Assembly: GCA_036676495.1 (NCBI GenBank)
Contig: JAKFCT010000070.1
Coordinates: 1 to 32,801 of the forward strand
Direction: 5' to 3'
Source of the DNA: Candidatus Sericytochromatia bacterium
Lineage (GTDB): Bacteria; Cyanobacteriota; Sericytochromatia; S15B-MN24; UBA4093
Length of the DNA stretch: 32,801 bases
Made by a program: the position numbers and the translations under genes. The notes below the pieces were generated by a model, which worked only from the letters and a program-made list of their open reading frames with translations, had not been told where the DNA came from and did no database searches. This document shows, piece after piece, positions 8,974-18,043 of the stretch (its first letter is position 1; every line of letters starts with the position of its first letter).

Positions 8974-9465
8974 ATGCTGAATCGCAAGCACCTGACCCGC
9001 GCGATCATGGCCCTGGCGCTCAGCCTCGCCTTTGTCGCCCCTGCGACGGCCAAGCCGACCCCCGATCCGGTCTATTCGTATATCGCCCAGCACGCGGGTA
9101 GTGCGAAGGCCAAGGCCTACGCGCCGCTCGTCACGGCCAAGGCCGCGAAGTACAAGCTTCCCCCGATGCTGATCGCCAAGATCATCAAGCTCGAATCCGA
9201 CTTCAACCCCCGCGAAACCAGCCACAAAGACGCCCTGGGCTTGATGCAGATCCGCAAGGGCCACGCCAAGCGCGGCGAGAACCTCTACGACCCCGCCACC
9301 AACATCGAATTCGGCTGCCGGATCCTGCGCGAGTACGTCGACGAGTTCAACGGCGACATGCACCGCGGCCTCTCGGCCTACCTGCACGGCCCCATCTACG
9401 TCGCCAACCGCGGCGTCCGCAGCACCCGCTACAGCCGCATGCTCCTGGGCGATCCATCGAAGTAG
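8974..9465 (+). CDS. Secreted lytic transglycosylase (SLT domain)
   Basis: Signal peptide ending APATA; IIKLES (catalytic Glu), ALGLMQI, LYDPATNIEFG, SAYLHG; AAAGGAGG SD before ATG 8974. Confidence 0.9.
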   Translation: MLNRKHLTRAIMALALSLAFVAPATAKPTPDPVYSYIAQHAGSAKAKAYAPLVTAKAAKYKLPPMLIAKIIKLESDFNPRETSHKDALGLMQIRKGHAKRGENLYDPATNIEFGCRILREYVDEFNGDMHRGLSAYLHGPIYVANRGVRSTRYSRMLLGDPSK

Positions 9466-9467
9466 CC

Positions 9468-10277
9468 GTGCGCGCGATTGACATCTCCTTCAAGACGCTC
9501 GCCCTGCTCCGGCCCGACCTGAGCGTTCCGGCGTACTTGGGCCTACCGCCCCGCTGGCCGCTCGCCCCGGTCTACGCCTACTTCGACCGGACATGCCGGG
9601 AGCGGGCCTACCCGATGGTCTTTGCCATCACGACCTGCCGCGACTGGCGCGGCCGGCAAAACACCTACGACAAGCACCTGGGGACGGACTTCGTCGTCCC
9701 CGTCGGCACCCCGGTGGTGGCGCCAGCCCGGGGGCGCGTCTTGAAGGTCGGCTACGAACCGGTCGGCGGCCATTTCCTTTGGCTGGACCACGGCGGCGGC
9801 TTCGCCACCACCTATCACCACTTGAAAAACGTTCACGTCGCGACGGGAGCCACGGTCGAGCGCGGCGAACTGCTCGCCAAGAGCGGGGGCACCGGCAGCG
9901 CCATCGAGCGATTCTGGCCCTGGGTTCCGCCCCACCTGCATTTCAGCCTGCTGATGGACGGGGTGCCCATCGATCCCTACGCATGCGCGACCGACGCCGA
10001 AACTCCGGGCTTCTGGGCGGGCGGACGGCCTCTGCCCGACGACGGGCGCGCGGACCTGGATCGGGACCTGCCCATGGACATGGTCGCCAAGACAGACGTC
10101 CTCGAAGCCTTTCGGCAAGATGCCGTGCTGGGCCCCAACTTCATCCCCCCGCTCACGGAGATCGCTCCCGCACAATTCAGCCGGGGGCCGGGATGGAACC
10201 AATTCGGCGATCGCCCGCTCGTCCAGCTGAGCCTGCCCTTTCGCCGGCAGGACGTCGCGGGCATCTGGGAAGCCTGA
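9468..10277 (+). CDS. M23-family metallopeptidase
   Basis: HLGTD (HxxxD), GTPVVAPARGRV, TYHHL, PHLHF (HxH); starts 2 nt after the SLT stop. Confidence 0.88.
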   Translation: MRAIDISFKTLALLRPDLSVPAYLGLPPRWPLAPVYAYFDRTCRERAYPMVFAITTCRDWRGRQNTYDKHLGTDFVVPVGTPVVAPARGRVLKVGYEPVGGHFLWLDHGGGFATTYHHLKNVHVATGATVERGELLAKSGGTGSAIERFWPWVPPHLHFSLLMDGVPIDPYACATDAETPGFWAGGRPLPDDGRADLDRDLPMDMVAKTDVLEAFRQDAVLGPNFIPPLTEIAPAQFSRGPGWNQFGDRPLVQLSLPFRRQDVAGIWEA

Positions 10278-10354
10278 CGACTGTCGCCTGACGCCTGTGT
10301 CCGCCTCCATGCCGTGATACGATCGGCTCCCCTAGCGAAGAGGAGGAGCCGAGC

Positions 10355-10720
10355 ATGCCTGACATGGCCATGGGATGGGTTCCCGAACCCCCGGTCGAAG
10401 ATCTGCCCACCAAGACCGATCCGAAGCTGCCTTACAAGGACGATCAGCTGAAACAATGCGGAGATCCCGTCCCGATCGGCCGTGGTGAGCCCACGTACAC
10501 CGACCGGAACGAGGTCCGCGACCTGCCCCGCCTGGCGCCCTCCGTCGAAACCCGCATGGCGGAGCAAGAGGCCATGATCCAGGATCTGCAAGCGGGCTCC
10601 ACCGGCTCCCTGGAATGCCAGGCCAATCCTGAATGCAGAGAGCCGTTCTCCCCGCCCGTCGACATGCCGTTCGGCGACATCCTGGCGGAAACGCGCTGCG
10701 ACGGCCCGCCGGCCTCCTAG
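10355..10720 (+). CDS. Hypothetical Pro/acidic protein
   Basis: GAGGAGGAG SD, TGaTACGAT extended -10 upstream, GC3-rich codons; no family recognised. Confidence 0.65.
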   Translation: MPDMAMGWVPEPPVEDLPTKTDPKLPYKDDQLKQCGDPVPIGRGEPTYTDRNEVRDLPRLAPSVETRMAEQEAMIQDLQAGSTGSLECQANPECREPFSPPVDMPFGDILAETRCDGPPAS

Positions 10721-10818
10721 AAAAAAGAATTCGCCTCCGCACGCAAGTTCCGAGCGCAAGCTGCGATAAGCATTAAACAGCAGTTAAGAACGTGTTTTGC
10801 TTCGCTTAGGAGGTTGCC

Positions 10819-11373
10819 ATGGCGCGCTTCAAGTCCCTCATCGTCGGTAGCATGCTTCTCGCCACCCTCGGAATGGTCGCAGGCTGCGGCACTCCCGCGC
10901 CGGTCGGCAACCTCGCCAACGTCGAGGCCCTCGAGAGCGGCATCGTCGAAGCGGACCGCGCCTACAAGATCGAGGACGTGCTGGGGATCGGCCCGGTCTA
11001 CGGCGGCAAGCTCCGGGAAGCCGGCGTGACCAACACGGACAAGCTGCTCCAGGCGACCAAGACCCGTTACCAGCGCCAGAAGCTGGCCGAAACGACCGGC
11101 ATCCCCTACAAGCTGGTCCTGGCCTGGGCTCAAAAGGTCGAAGTGATGACGATCAAGGGCATTGGCCCCCGTCAGAGCAACCTCCTCGCCTCCATCGGCA
11201 TCACCTCCGCCAAGGAGCTGGCCCGCCGCGTTCCCGCCAACCTCCACGATCGCCTGGGCGTCGCCAACACCTTCTCGCCGAAGTTCGTCGACCGCACGCC
11301 GGCACTCTCCACCGTCACCAAGTGGATCGAGTCGGCCAAGGCCATGCCCGCAGGCATCTCCAACGACGAATAA
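10819..11373 (+). CDS. DUF4332-like helix-hairpin-helix protein with lipoprotein signal
   Basis: Lipobox VAGC; IEDVLGIGPVYGGKLREAGV and IKGIGPRQSNLLASIGI HhH motifs; ELARRVPANLH...VTKWIESAK; AGGAGG SD. Confidence 0.85.
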   Translation: MARFKSLIVGSMLLATLGMVAGCGTPAPVGNLANVEALESGIVEADRAYKIEDVLGIGPVYGGKLREAGVTNTDKLLQATKTRYQRQKLAETTGIPYKLVLAWAQKVEVMTIKGIGPRQSNLLASIGITSAKELARRVPANLHDRLGVANTFSPKFVDRTPALSTVTKWIESAKAMPAGISNDE

Positions 11374-11386
11374 ACGATAACCCTTT

Positions 11387-11424
11387 CGCGAGGCCGGGGC
11401 TCACCCCGGCCTCGCGCCGTTTCT
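11387..11424 (+). terminator. Probable intrinsic terminator
   Basis: 13-bp stem CGCGAGGCCGGGG / CCCCGGCCTCGCG, loop CTCA, weak T tail. Confidence 0.6.
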
Positions 11425-11548
11425 CCCCGCGCGCGCCCCCAAAGGCCCCCTGGCCGAAATCTCCGAGAACCTTCTCCCTTTGAACGCTAGCTTGATACGT
11501 CAGCGCTTGGTAGGTTGGAGCGGCTGGACTCACCGAAAGGAGGCCGTC

Positions 11549-12145
11549 ATGCTGCGTCCGACCCGCTTGGGAGGAGTCGCCCTCTCGCTGGCCACGATCT
11601 CGCTGGCGACGTTGGCGCTGGCCCCGCCCGCCTCGGCCAAGGTGCGCCGCGATCTCAGCAGCCTCGAGTTGCAGAGCCTCGAGCAGAGCATGGGCCAGGG
11701 AGGCCCGGAGTTCAAGGCGCTCTACACCACCCTGGATCAGTTCGGCATGATCGTGGGCGGCCGCGGCGTCGGCTACATGAGCAACTCCTTCTACCTCGGG
11801 GGGGCCGGGTACGGCGGCACGCTGAGCCGCTTCGGCCAGACCCAGACCAACCTCGCCTACGCCGGCATGGTCGCGGGTTACGAGCAAAAATTCCTTCCCG
11901 GCTGGGGGTACGACGTGAGCCTGCTCGTCGGAGGCGCCGCCTCCGGGACCAGCGACGCCGATCTCAAGAGCAGCATGGTCCTCGAACCGCGCGCCTCGCT
12001 TTCGACCTACTTCGGGGGCGGAGTGCGCACGGCGCTCTCCGGGGGATACCTGTACTTCCCCAACGCAAACTGGCTATCCGGCCCGACCGTCGGGCTACGG
12101 GTAGAGTTCAAGACCCTGACCCTGAGCACTCCGGTGGACGACTAG
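11549..12145 (+). CDS. Secreted protein, probable small outer-membrane beta-barrel
   Basis: AAAGGAGG SD; signal peptide ending PASA; Gly/Tyr-rich strands with alternating polarity (FYLGGAGYGG, YDVSLLVGG, VGLRVEF). Confidence 0.7.
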   Translation: MLRPTRLGGVALSLATISLATLALAPPASAKVRRDLSSLELQSLEQSMGQGGPEFKALYTTLDQFGMIVGGRGVGYMSNSFYLGGAGYGGTLSRFGQTQTNLAYAGMVAGYEQKFLPGWGYDVSLLVGGAASGTSDADLKSSMVLEPRASLSTYFGGGVRTALSGGYLYFPNANWLSGPTVGLRVEFKTLTLSTPVDD

Positions 12146-12222
12146 CCCGTCGGCAAAGCGTTGACAAGCCGCGACCTCCTCGCGAGCATGACGTCGATAC
12201 GGCATGGCCGCGAGGAGGAGGG

Positions 12223-15132
12223 ATGGAGCACGCGCGAGATCAGGCCCGAAATCAGGCCCAGGATCATGGCCCGGATCGGCCCGTCGGGGGGGCAGCCCTC
12301 GAGCCCCAGGCCGAGCGCGTGATGCAGATCCTGGGGGAGCTGGCCGCCGAGCTCCACCCCGGCTTGCGTCGGCGCCTGCTGACCCTCGACAGCTCCCTGG
12401 GACGAGACTTCGGGCTGGACAGCCTGAGCCGGGTGGAGATGCTCGCCCGGCTCGAGCGGGCCTTCCAGGTCCGGCTCGACGAGGATCAGGCGCTCATCGC
12501 GGAGACCCCGCGAGACCTCCTGGACGCCCTGTCGAAAGCCGGCGCCCGCCCCCTCGGGGTCCAAGGCGCTGGGGTCCGCCCCGGTGGGGTCCGCCCCGGT
12601 GGGGGCCGTCCTGCAGGGATGCCTCCGCCCGCCGCTCCGCTTCCCAGCCCCGCGGCGACGGGCGTCCCCGAGCAAGCGCGCACCCTGATCGAGGCCCTCG
12701 AATGGCATGTCGACCAGCATGCCGATCGCATCCACCTCCGGCTCTGGTCCGAGGGGGGGCTCGAAGACCTGACCTACGGAAGTCTCTACGAGGAAGCCAA
12801 GACCCTGGCCGGTAGGCTGAGAGCCCGCGGCGTGGCCCCCGGCGAGACCGTCGCCCTCATGCTGCCCACCCAGCGCGCCTTCTTCACGACCTTCTACGGG
12901 ACCCTGCTCGCCGGAGGCATCCCCGTCCCGCTGTACCCTCCCACCCGGCGCGAGGAGATCGCCGATCACATGCGGCGCCAGGCCGCTATTCTCAATAACG
13001 CGCAGGCCAAGCTGCTGATCACCGTGGAGGCGGCCAAGCGGCTGGATCCGTTGCTTCGCCCCCTGGTGCCGACCCTGAAGGCGATCGCCACCCCCGAGGA
13101 CCTGACGCACGGCGTCATGGAGCCCCCCTTGCTCGGATCGCTTCCCGAGGCCACCGCCATGCTCCAGTACACCTCGGGCAGCACCGGACAACCCAAAGGC
13201 GTCATCCTGACCCACCGCAACCTCCTGGCCAACCTGCGCGCCCTGGGTGAAGCCGCCCGGATCGTGCCTACGGACGTCTTCGTCAGCTGGCTCCCGCTCT
13301 ACCACGACATGGGGCTCATCGGGGCCTGGTTCGGGAGCCTGTACTTCGGGATCCCGGGCGTCATGATGAGCCCGCTGGCCTTCCTCGCCCGTCCCGAGCG
13401 CTGGCTGCGGACCCTCCATGAGCAGCGCGGCACCCTGACCGCCGCCCCCAACTTCGCCTACGAGCTCTGCACCCGCCAGATCCGCGACGCGGATCTCGAG
13501 GGCCTGGACCTGAGCTCCTTGCGGCTCGCCGTCAGCGGAGCCGAGCCCGTGAACCCCGAGACCCTCGCGCGCTTCACCGCCCGCTTCGCCCCTTACGGGC
13601 TGCGCCCGACGGCCCTCACGCCCGCCTACGGGCTTGCCGAGTCCGCCGTCGGAGTCACGCTCACGCCACCGGGGCGCGGACCGCGGCTCGACGCGCTGCA
13701 GCGCGAACCGCTCCTCCGCGAAGGCCGCGCCGTACCCGCCAGCGCCGACGATGCGACGGCGATCGCCCTCGTCTCCTGCGGCAAACCCTTGCCCGGCCAT
13801 CAGGTCCGGATCGTCGACGACGCAGGCCAGCCCCTTCCCGAACGCCAGGTCGGCCACGTCGAATTCTCCGGCCCCTCCAGCACTCCGGGCTACTTCCGCA
13901 ACCCCGAAGCCACCCGCAAGCTCCACCACGACGGCTGGCTCGACACCGGCGACATGGGCTACCTGGCCGAAAGCGAGCTCTACCTCTCCGGCCGCGCCAA
14001 GGACATGATCATCCGCGGAGGACAGCACCTCTTCCCCGACCCCTTGGAAGAGGCCGTGAGCGAGCTGAACGGTATCATCCCCAACGGAGTGGCCGTCTTC
14101 GGAAGTCCCGATCCCGCCCGCGGCACCGAACGGCTGGTGGTCTTCGCCGAAACCTCCGAGACCCGCCCGGAGGCCATGCAAGCCCTCCGACAGCAGATCC
14201 AGGACCTCTCCGTCAGGATCCTGGACAATGCTCCCGACGAGATCCTCTTCGGGCCCCCGCATTCCGCGCCCAAGACCGCGAGCGGCAAGATCCGCCGTTC
14301 GACTTGCCGGGAGCTCTACCAGCGCGGCGAACTCGGCATCGAAAAAGCCTTCTGGCGCCAGATCGCTGGCCTAACCCTGGAAGGAGCCCAGCCCCGATTG
14401 CGCCGAGCTCGCGCATGGCTGAGCCAGAGCCTCTATGCGGGGTATCTCTGGGGATTATTCGGCGTCGTCATGCTGGGCGGCGGCGGCTGGATGGTCATTT
14501 CCCGCTCGCCAACCCGCAACCGGCGCTGGGTGAGACGGATCGCGCGGCTATTGCTGCGCGCCGCGGGGATCTCCCTGCGCATCGAAGGCCAGGAGCACCT
14601 CCAGGAGTGCCGCCCATGCGTGATCGTCGCCAACCACGCGAGTTACCTCGATGCCCTCACGCTGGCCGCCGTGCTTCCCGAAACCGTGACCTACACCCCC
14701 AAGCGGGATTTCACGCGCTACCGGAGCATCCGGTTCTTCCTCGAACGGCTCGGAGTGCGCTTCGTCGAGCGCCAGGACGTGCGAGCAGGCATCCAGGACG
14801 TGGAAGCGGTCGAAGCCGCCGTCCGCCAAGGCGAATCCATCGCCGTCTTCGCGGAAGGCGGCATCTCCCGATCGGCGGGCCTGCGCCCCTTCCACATGGG
14901 AGCGTTCCAGGTGGCAGCGCACGTGGGGGCCCCCATCCTGCCGGTCGGCATCCGGGGGACGCGGGAGATGATGCCGGCGGACTGCTGGAAGCCCCGGCGC
15001 GGCAGCATCACGCTCTCCATCGGCGAGCCGCTCATGCCCGAAGGCTCGGACTGGGGCTCGGCCTTGAAGCTTCGCGACGCGGCGTATCGAAGGGTCCTTT
15101 CGCTTTCGGGCGAACCACCCGTGGAGAGCTGA
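12223..15132 (+). CDS. Acyl carrier domain + fatty acyl-AMP ligase-like adenylation domain + PlsC-type acyltransferase fusion (969 aa)
   Basis: DFGLDSL (phosphopantetheine Ser); LQYTSGSTGQPKG, SWLPLYHDMGLIG, AYGLAES, DTGDMGY, PKTASGKIRR; NHASYLD and FAEG. Start at ATG 12223 after GAGGAGGAGG. Confidence 0.9.
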   Translation: MEHARDQARNQAQDHGPDRPVGGAALEPQAERVMQILGELAAELHPGLRRRLLTLDSSLGRDFGLDSLSRVEMLARLERAFQVRLDEDQALIAETPRDLLDALSKAGARPLGVQGAGVRPGGVRPGGGRPAGMPPPAAPLPSPAATGVPEQARTLIEALEWHVDQHADRIHLRLWSEGGLEDLTYGSLYEEAKTLAGRLRARGVAPGETVALMLPTQRAFFTTFYGTLLAGGIPVPLYPPTRREEIADHMRRQAAILNNAQAKLLITVEAAKRLDPLLRPLVPTLKAIATPEDLTHGVMEPPLLGSLPEATAMLQYTSGSTGQPKGVILTHRNLLANLRALGEAARIVPTDVFVSWLPLYHDMGLIGAWFGSLYFGIPGVMMSPLAFLARPERWLRTLHEQRGTLTAAPNFAYELCTRQIRDADLEGLDLSSLRLAVSGAEPVNPETLARFTARFAPYGLRPTALTPAYGLAESAVGVTLTPPGRGPRLDALQREPLLREGRAVPASADDATAIALVSCGKPLPGHQVRIVDDAGQPLPERQVGHVEFSGPSSTPGYFRNPEATRKLHHDGWLDTGDMGYLAESELYLSGRAKDMIIRGGQHLFPDPLEEAVSELNGIIPNGVAVFGSPDPARGTERLVVFAETSETRPEAMQALRQQIQDLSVRILDNAPDEILFGPPHSAPKTASGKIRRSTCRELYQRGELGIEKAFWRQIAGLTLEGAQPRLRRARAWLSQSLYAGYLWGLFGVVMLGGGGWMVISRSPTRNRRWVRRIARLLLRAAGISLRIEGQEHLQECRPCVIVANHASYLDALTLAAVLPETVTYTPKRDFTRYRSIRFFLERLGVRFVERQDVRAGIQDVEAVEAAVRQGESIAVFAEGGISRSAGLRPFHMGAFQVAAHVGAPILPVGIRGTREMMPADCWKPRRGSITLSIGEPLMPEGSDWGSALKLRDAAYRRVLSLSGEPPVES
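12541..12615 (+). repeat. 15-bp tandem repeat in the ACP-adenylation linker
   Basis: GGGGTCCGCCCCGGT twice exactly (12571-12600) plus three degenerate units: GARPL GVQGA GVRPG GVRPG GGRPA. Confidence 0.8.
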
Positions 15133-15133
15133 G

Positions 15134-16261
15134 TTGCGCCGCGCCATCACGGTCATGATCGCCCTGCTGCTCACCGGCTGCGGCCAACTCTGGGGAGGAG
15201 CATGCCTGCTGCCGAGCGCCGAAGCCCTGCTCGTCATGCAGGATCTGGCCGCCGGCGAGAAAGGCAGCCAGTTCAAGGCCATGACCCCAGCCCCCAGCCG
15301 CACGGAAATTCCCTATACCGTGGAAGGACGATCCTACTGGGGAGACCTTTACCTGCCCGGCGTCGCCCCGGCCGCGGCCCTGGTGCTCGTTCCCGGAGCC
15401 GCGCGCGAAGGCAAGGACGATCCCCGGCTCGTCGCCTTCGCCACGACCTTGTGCCGCGCGCGCTTCGCCGTCCTGGTCCCCGACATGCAAGGCGTCCGAC
15501 AGCTCCGTGTCCGCCCGGAGGATACCCTGGAGGTGGCGGATGCCTTCCGCTACGTCATCTCTCAGGAGCGGCTCGCCCCGGGCGGGAGGGCCGGCATGGC
15601 CGCCGTGAGCTACGCCGTCGGCCCCGCCGTCCTGGCGGCCCTGCTTCCCGACCTGCGCGACAAGGTCGACGTCATCCTGGCGGTGGGCGGCTACTACGAT
15701 ATCGTGAACGTCCTGACCTACGTGACCACGGGACAGTTCCAGGCTCCGGACGGCGCGTGGCAAGTGCGCCCTCCCAACCCCTACGGCAAATGGGTCTACG
15801 TCATGAGCAACCTCGACCAGGTCACGGATCCCAAGGATCGCCAACTCCTGGAGACCTTGGCCCAAAGGCGCCTGGACGATCCCGAAGCGCCCATCGACGA
15901 CCTGGCCGGCCAGCTCGGACCGGAAGGCCAGACGGTCTACGCCTTCGTCACCGCGCGCACGCCCGCAGAGGTCGTCGAGCGGTTCCAGCGCCTGCCGCCC
16001 AAGATCCAGGAAAGCATCGCGGGCCTGGACGTCTCGCGCCATGATCTTTCCCCCCTCTCCGCCCGGCTGATCCTGGTTCACGGGAAAGGGGATCCGATCA
16101 TCCCGTACACCGAGAGCATGCGACTCGCCCGGGCGGCGCCCCATTCCCAGCTCTTCCTCGTGAACGGCCTCAGCCACGTGAACCTCGGCGGCCTCTCACT
16201 CAGCGACATGCGCCATCTCGGCTGCGCCCTGGACGCCTTCCTCGCCGTCCGAAGCCCATGA
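15134..16261 (+). CDS. Alpha/beta-hydrolase-fold protein with lipoprotein signal
   Basis: Lipobox LTGC; LVLVPGA, AVSYAVG (possible nucleophile elbow), LVHGKGDPIIP (Asp), GLSHV (His). Confidence 0.78.
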   Translation: MRRAITVMIALLLTGCGQLWGGACLLPSAEALLVMQDLAAGEKGSQFKAMTPAPSRTEIPYTVEGRSYWGDLYLPGVAPAAALVLVPGAAREGKDDPRLVAFATTLCRARFAVLVPDMQGVRQLRVRPEDTLEVADAFRYVISQERLAPGGRAGMAAVSYAVGPAVLAALLPDLRDKVDVILAVGGYYDIVNVLTYVTTGQFQAPDGAWQVRPPNPYGKWVYVMSNLDQVTDPKDRQLLETLAQRRLDDPEAPIDDLAGQLGPEGQTVYAFVTARTPAEVVERFQRLPPKIQESIAGLDVSRHDLSPLSARLILVHGKGDPIIPYTESMRLARAAPHSQLFLVNGLSHVNLGGLSLSDMRHLGCALDAFLAVRSP

Positions 16262-16274
16262 CTCCCCTTCCCGC

Positions 16275-17588
16275 ATGGCGCTCCGCCCCAAACACGGACC
16301 GACCACCATGAGCCCCCACCACCGCCGGGAGATCTGGGGCTGGGCCATGTACGACTTCGCCAACTCGGGCTATACCACCGTCGTGCTCACGGCCGTCTAC
16401 AACGCCTACTTCGTGGGAGTGGTGGCCGGCGACCTGGGAACGGGTCGCGCCACCCTGCTCTGGACCCTGGCGCTGGGCCTGTCCAACGCGCTGGTGATCC
16501 TGAGCGCTCCCCTGATCGGGGCGATCGCCGATGCCCGCCACGCCAAGAAGCGCTTTCTCGCCGTCACCACCGCCGTCTGCGTCCTCGCCACCGCCCTCCT
16601 GGGCCTCACCGACCGGATCGGCTGGGCCATGGCCCTGATCGTGCTCTCGAACCTGGCCTTCGCCACCGGGGAGAACCTGATCTCGGCCTTCCTCCCGGAA
16701 ATCGCTCCCGAAGGCGAGATGGGGCGGATCTCGGCTTTCGGATGGTCGCTCGGTTACCTGGGAGGCATCACGGTCCTGGGGCTTTGCCTGGCGGCCATTC
16801 AGACCGCCACCCGAGTTGGGATGAGCGCGTCCCACGTGGTTCCCCTCGCCATGGTCATCGTGGCACTATGCTACGGCTCGGCGGCGCTTCCGACGTTTCT
16901 CTGGGTATCCGAGCGGCGGCTTGACCCCGGTCCATCGGGACGCGCAGGCCTCATGGTCGCGGGATTCGGTAGGCTGAAGCGGACGTGGCGGGAGCTGCGC
17001 GGCTTCCAGGACCTTCGCTGGTTCCTGGGGGCGGCCTTCGCGTACGCCTGCGGCAGCTTCACGGTCATCGTGCTGGCAGCGGTTTACGCGCGAGAAGTAT
17101 TCGGCTTCGGGACGACCGAGACCATGGCGCTGATCGGCTTGCTCAATCTGGCAGGCGCGGGCGGCGCCTTCGGGTTCGGGCAGCTCCAGGACCGCCGGGG
17201 ATCGGTTCCCGCGCTGGGCTTGAGCCTGCTGCTCTGGGGGGTGTCGCTGGGGATGGCCTACGGGGCGCAAACCCGGTCGGCCTTCTGGGGGGCCGCCCTG
17301 GGGGTGGGCGTGGCGTTGGGGGGGAGCCAGAGCGTGGGGCGGGCGCTCTTGGGGCTCTTGAGCCCACCGGGGAGGCTGGCGGAATTCTACGGGTTCTGGG
17401 GGATGACCCTGCGGCTGGCTGCGCTCGTGGGACCGGTGAGTTACGGGGTGATCGCGGAGCTGACGGGCGGAAACCTGAGACTCGGGCTGCTCTCCACGGC
17501 CGCGTATTTCCTGGGGGGCTTCTGGCTCCTCACGCATGTCGATGAAAAACGGGGGCGGGAGCAAGCCAAGCAACCGAGGCAATGCTGA
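16275..17588 (+). CDS. MFS transporter (UMF1/Atg22-like family)
   Basis: WAMYDFANSGY, APLIGAIAD, GRISAFGWSLGYLGG, AEFYGF; about 12 hydrophobic segments. Alternative start at 16308. Confidence 0.9.
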   Translation: MALRPKHGPTTMSPHHRREIWGWAMYDFANSGYTTVVLTAVYNAYFVGVVAGDLGTGRATLLWTLALGLSNALVILSAPLIGAIADARHAKKRFLAVTTAVCVLATALLGLTDRIGWAMALIVLSNLAFATGENLISAFLPEIAPEGEMGRISAFGWSLGYLGGITVLGLCLAAIQTATRVGMSASHVVPLAMVIVALCYGSAALPTFLWVSERRLDPGPSGRAGLMVAGFGRLKRTWRELRGFQDLRWFLGAAFAYACGSFTVIVLAAVYAREVFGFGTTETMALIGLLNLAGAGGAFGFGQLQDRRGSVPALGLSLLLWGVSLGMAYGAQTRSAFWGAALGVGVALGGSQSVGRALLGLLSPPGRLAEFYGFWGMTLRLAALVGPVSYGVIAELTGGNLRLGLLSTAAYFLGGFWLLTHVDEKRGREQAKQPRQC

Positions 17589-17815
17589 ACCCGTCCCCGG
17601 AGGCATCAACGGTTCGTGAGGCGCAACCCCGTGCCGTTAAAGGCATCAAGCGGCCAACGGGCGCCCGTTTGAAGGCCGCATGGGGCCGCACCCGAAAGGG
17701 CGCTGCGGGAAACCCGCAATGTCCAGGTTACGAAATGGAAAGACATCGTGAATACTCGCTTGCTCGTGGAATAATAGGCATGGCAACCGCTGTCGAATTG
17801 CAGGAGTACGTTCCC

Positions 17816-18043
17816 ATGGACGAGAAGCAACAGATTGAAGACGCAATGAACCACTTCGCGCGGACGCGGATTGCCCTGAATGCCAAGGTCGTCGCCTTGG
17901 AGCTGAGCGAGGACTCGAGCGTCTGGGTCGGAGTCGCCGTGAGCCCCGCCGGATCCCACCGGCTGCTGGCCCGAAAGCAAGCAGACGGCAAGTGGACGGT
18001 TTCGAAGTACCTGGGGTCGCTTCCTAGCGAGCACAAGGCGTAG
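17816..18043 (+). CDS. Small hypothetical protein (75 aa; 87 aa if it starts at 17780)
   Basis: CAGGAG SD before ATG 17816; MDEKQQIEDAMNHF... with a helix-then-strands pattern; no family recognised. Confidence 0.55.
   Translation: MDEKQQIEDAMNHFARTRIALNAKVVALELSEDSSVWVGVAVSPAGSHRLLARKQADGKWTVSKYLGSLPSEHKA

Noticed and set aside
11515-12222. N-terminal 236-aa extension of the 1205-aa ORF
   Set aside because: It overlaps the secreted-protein gene 11549..12145 in another frame and reads as Arg/Pro-rich off-frame sequence. A strong SD precedes ATG 12223.
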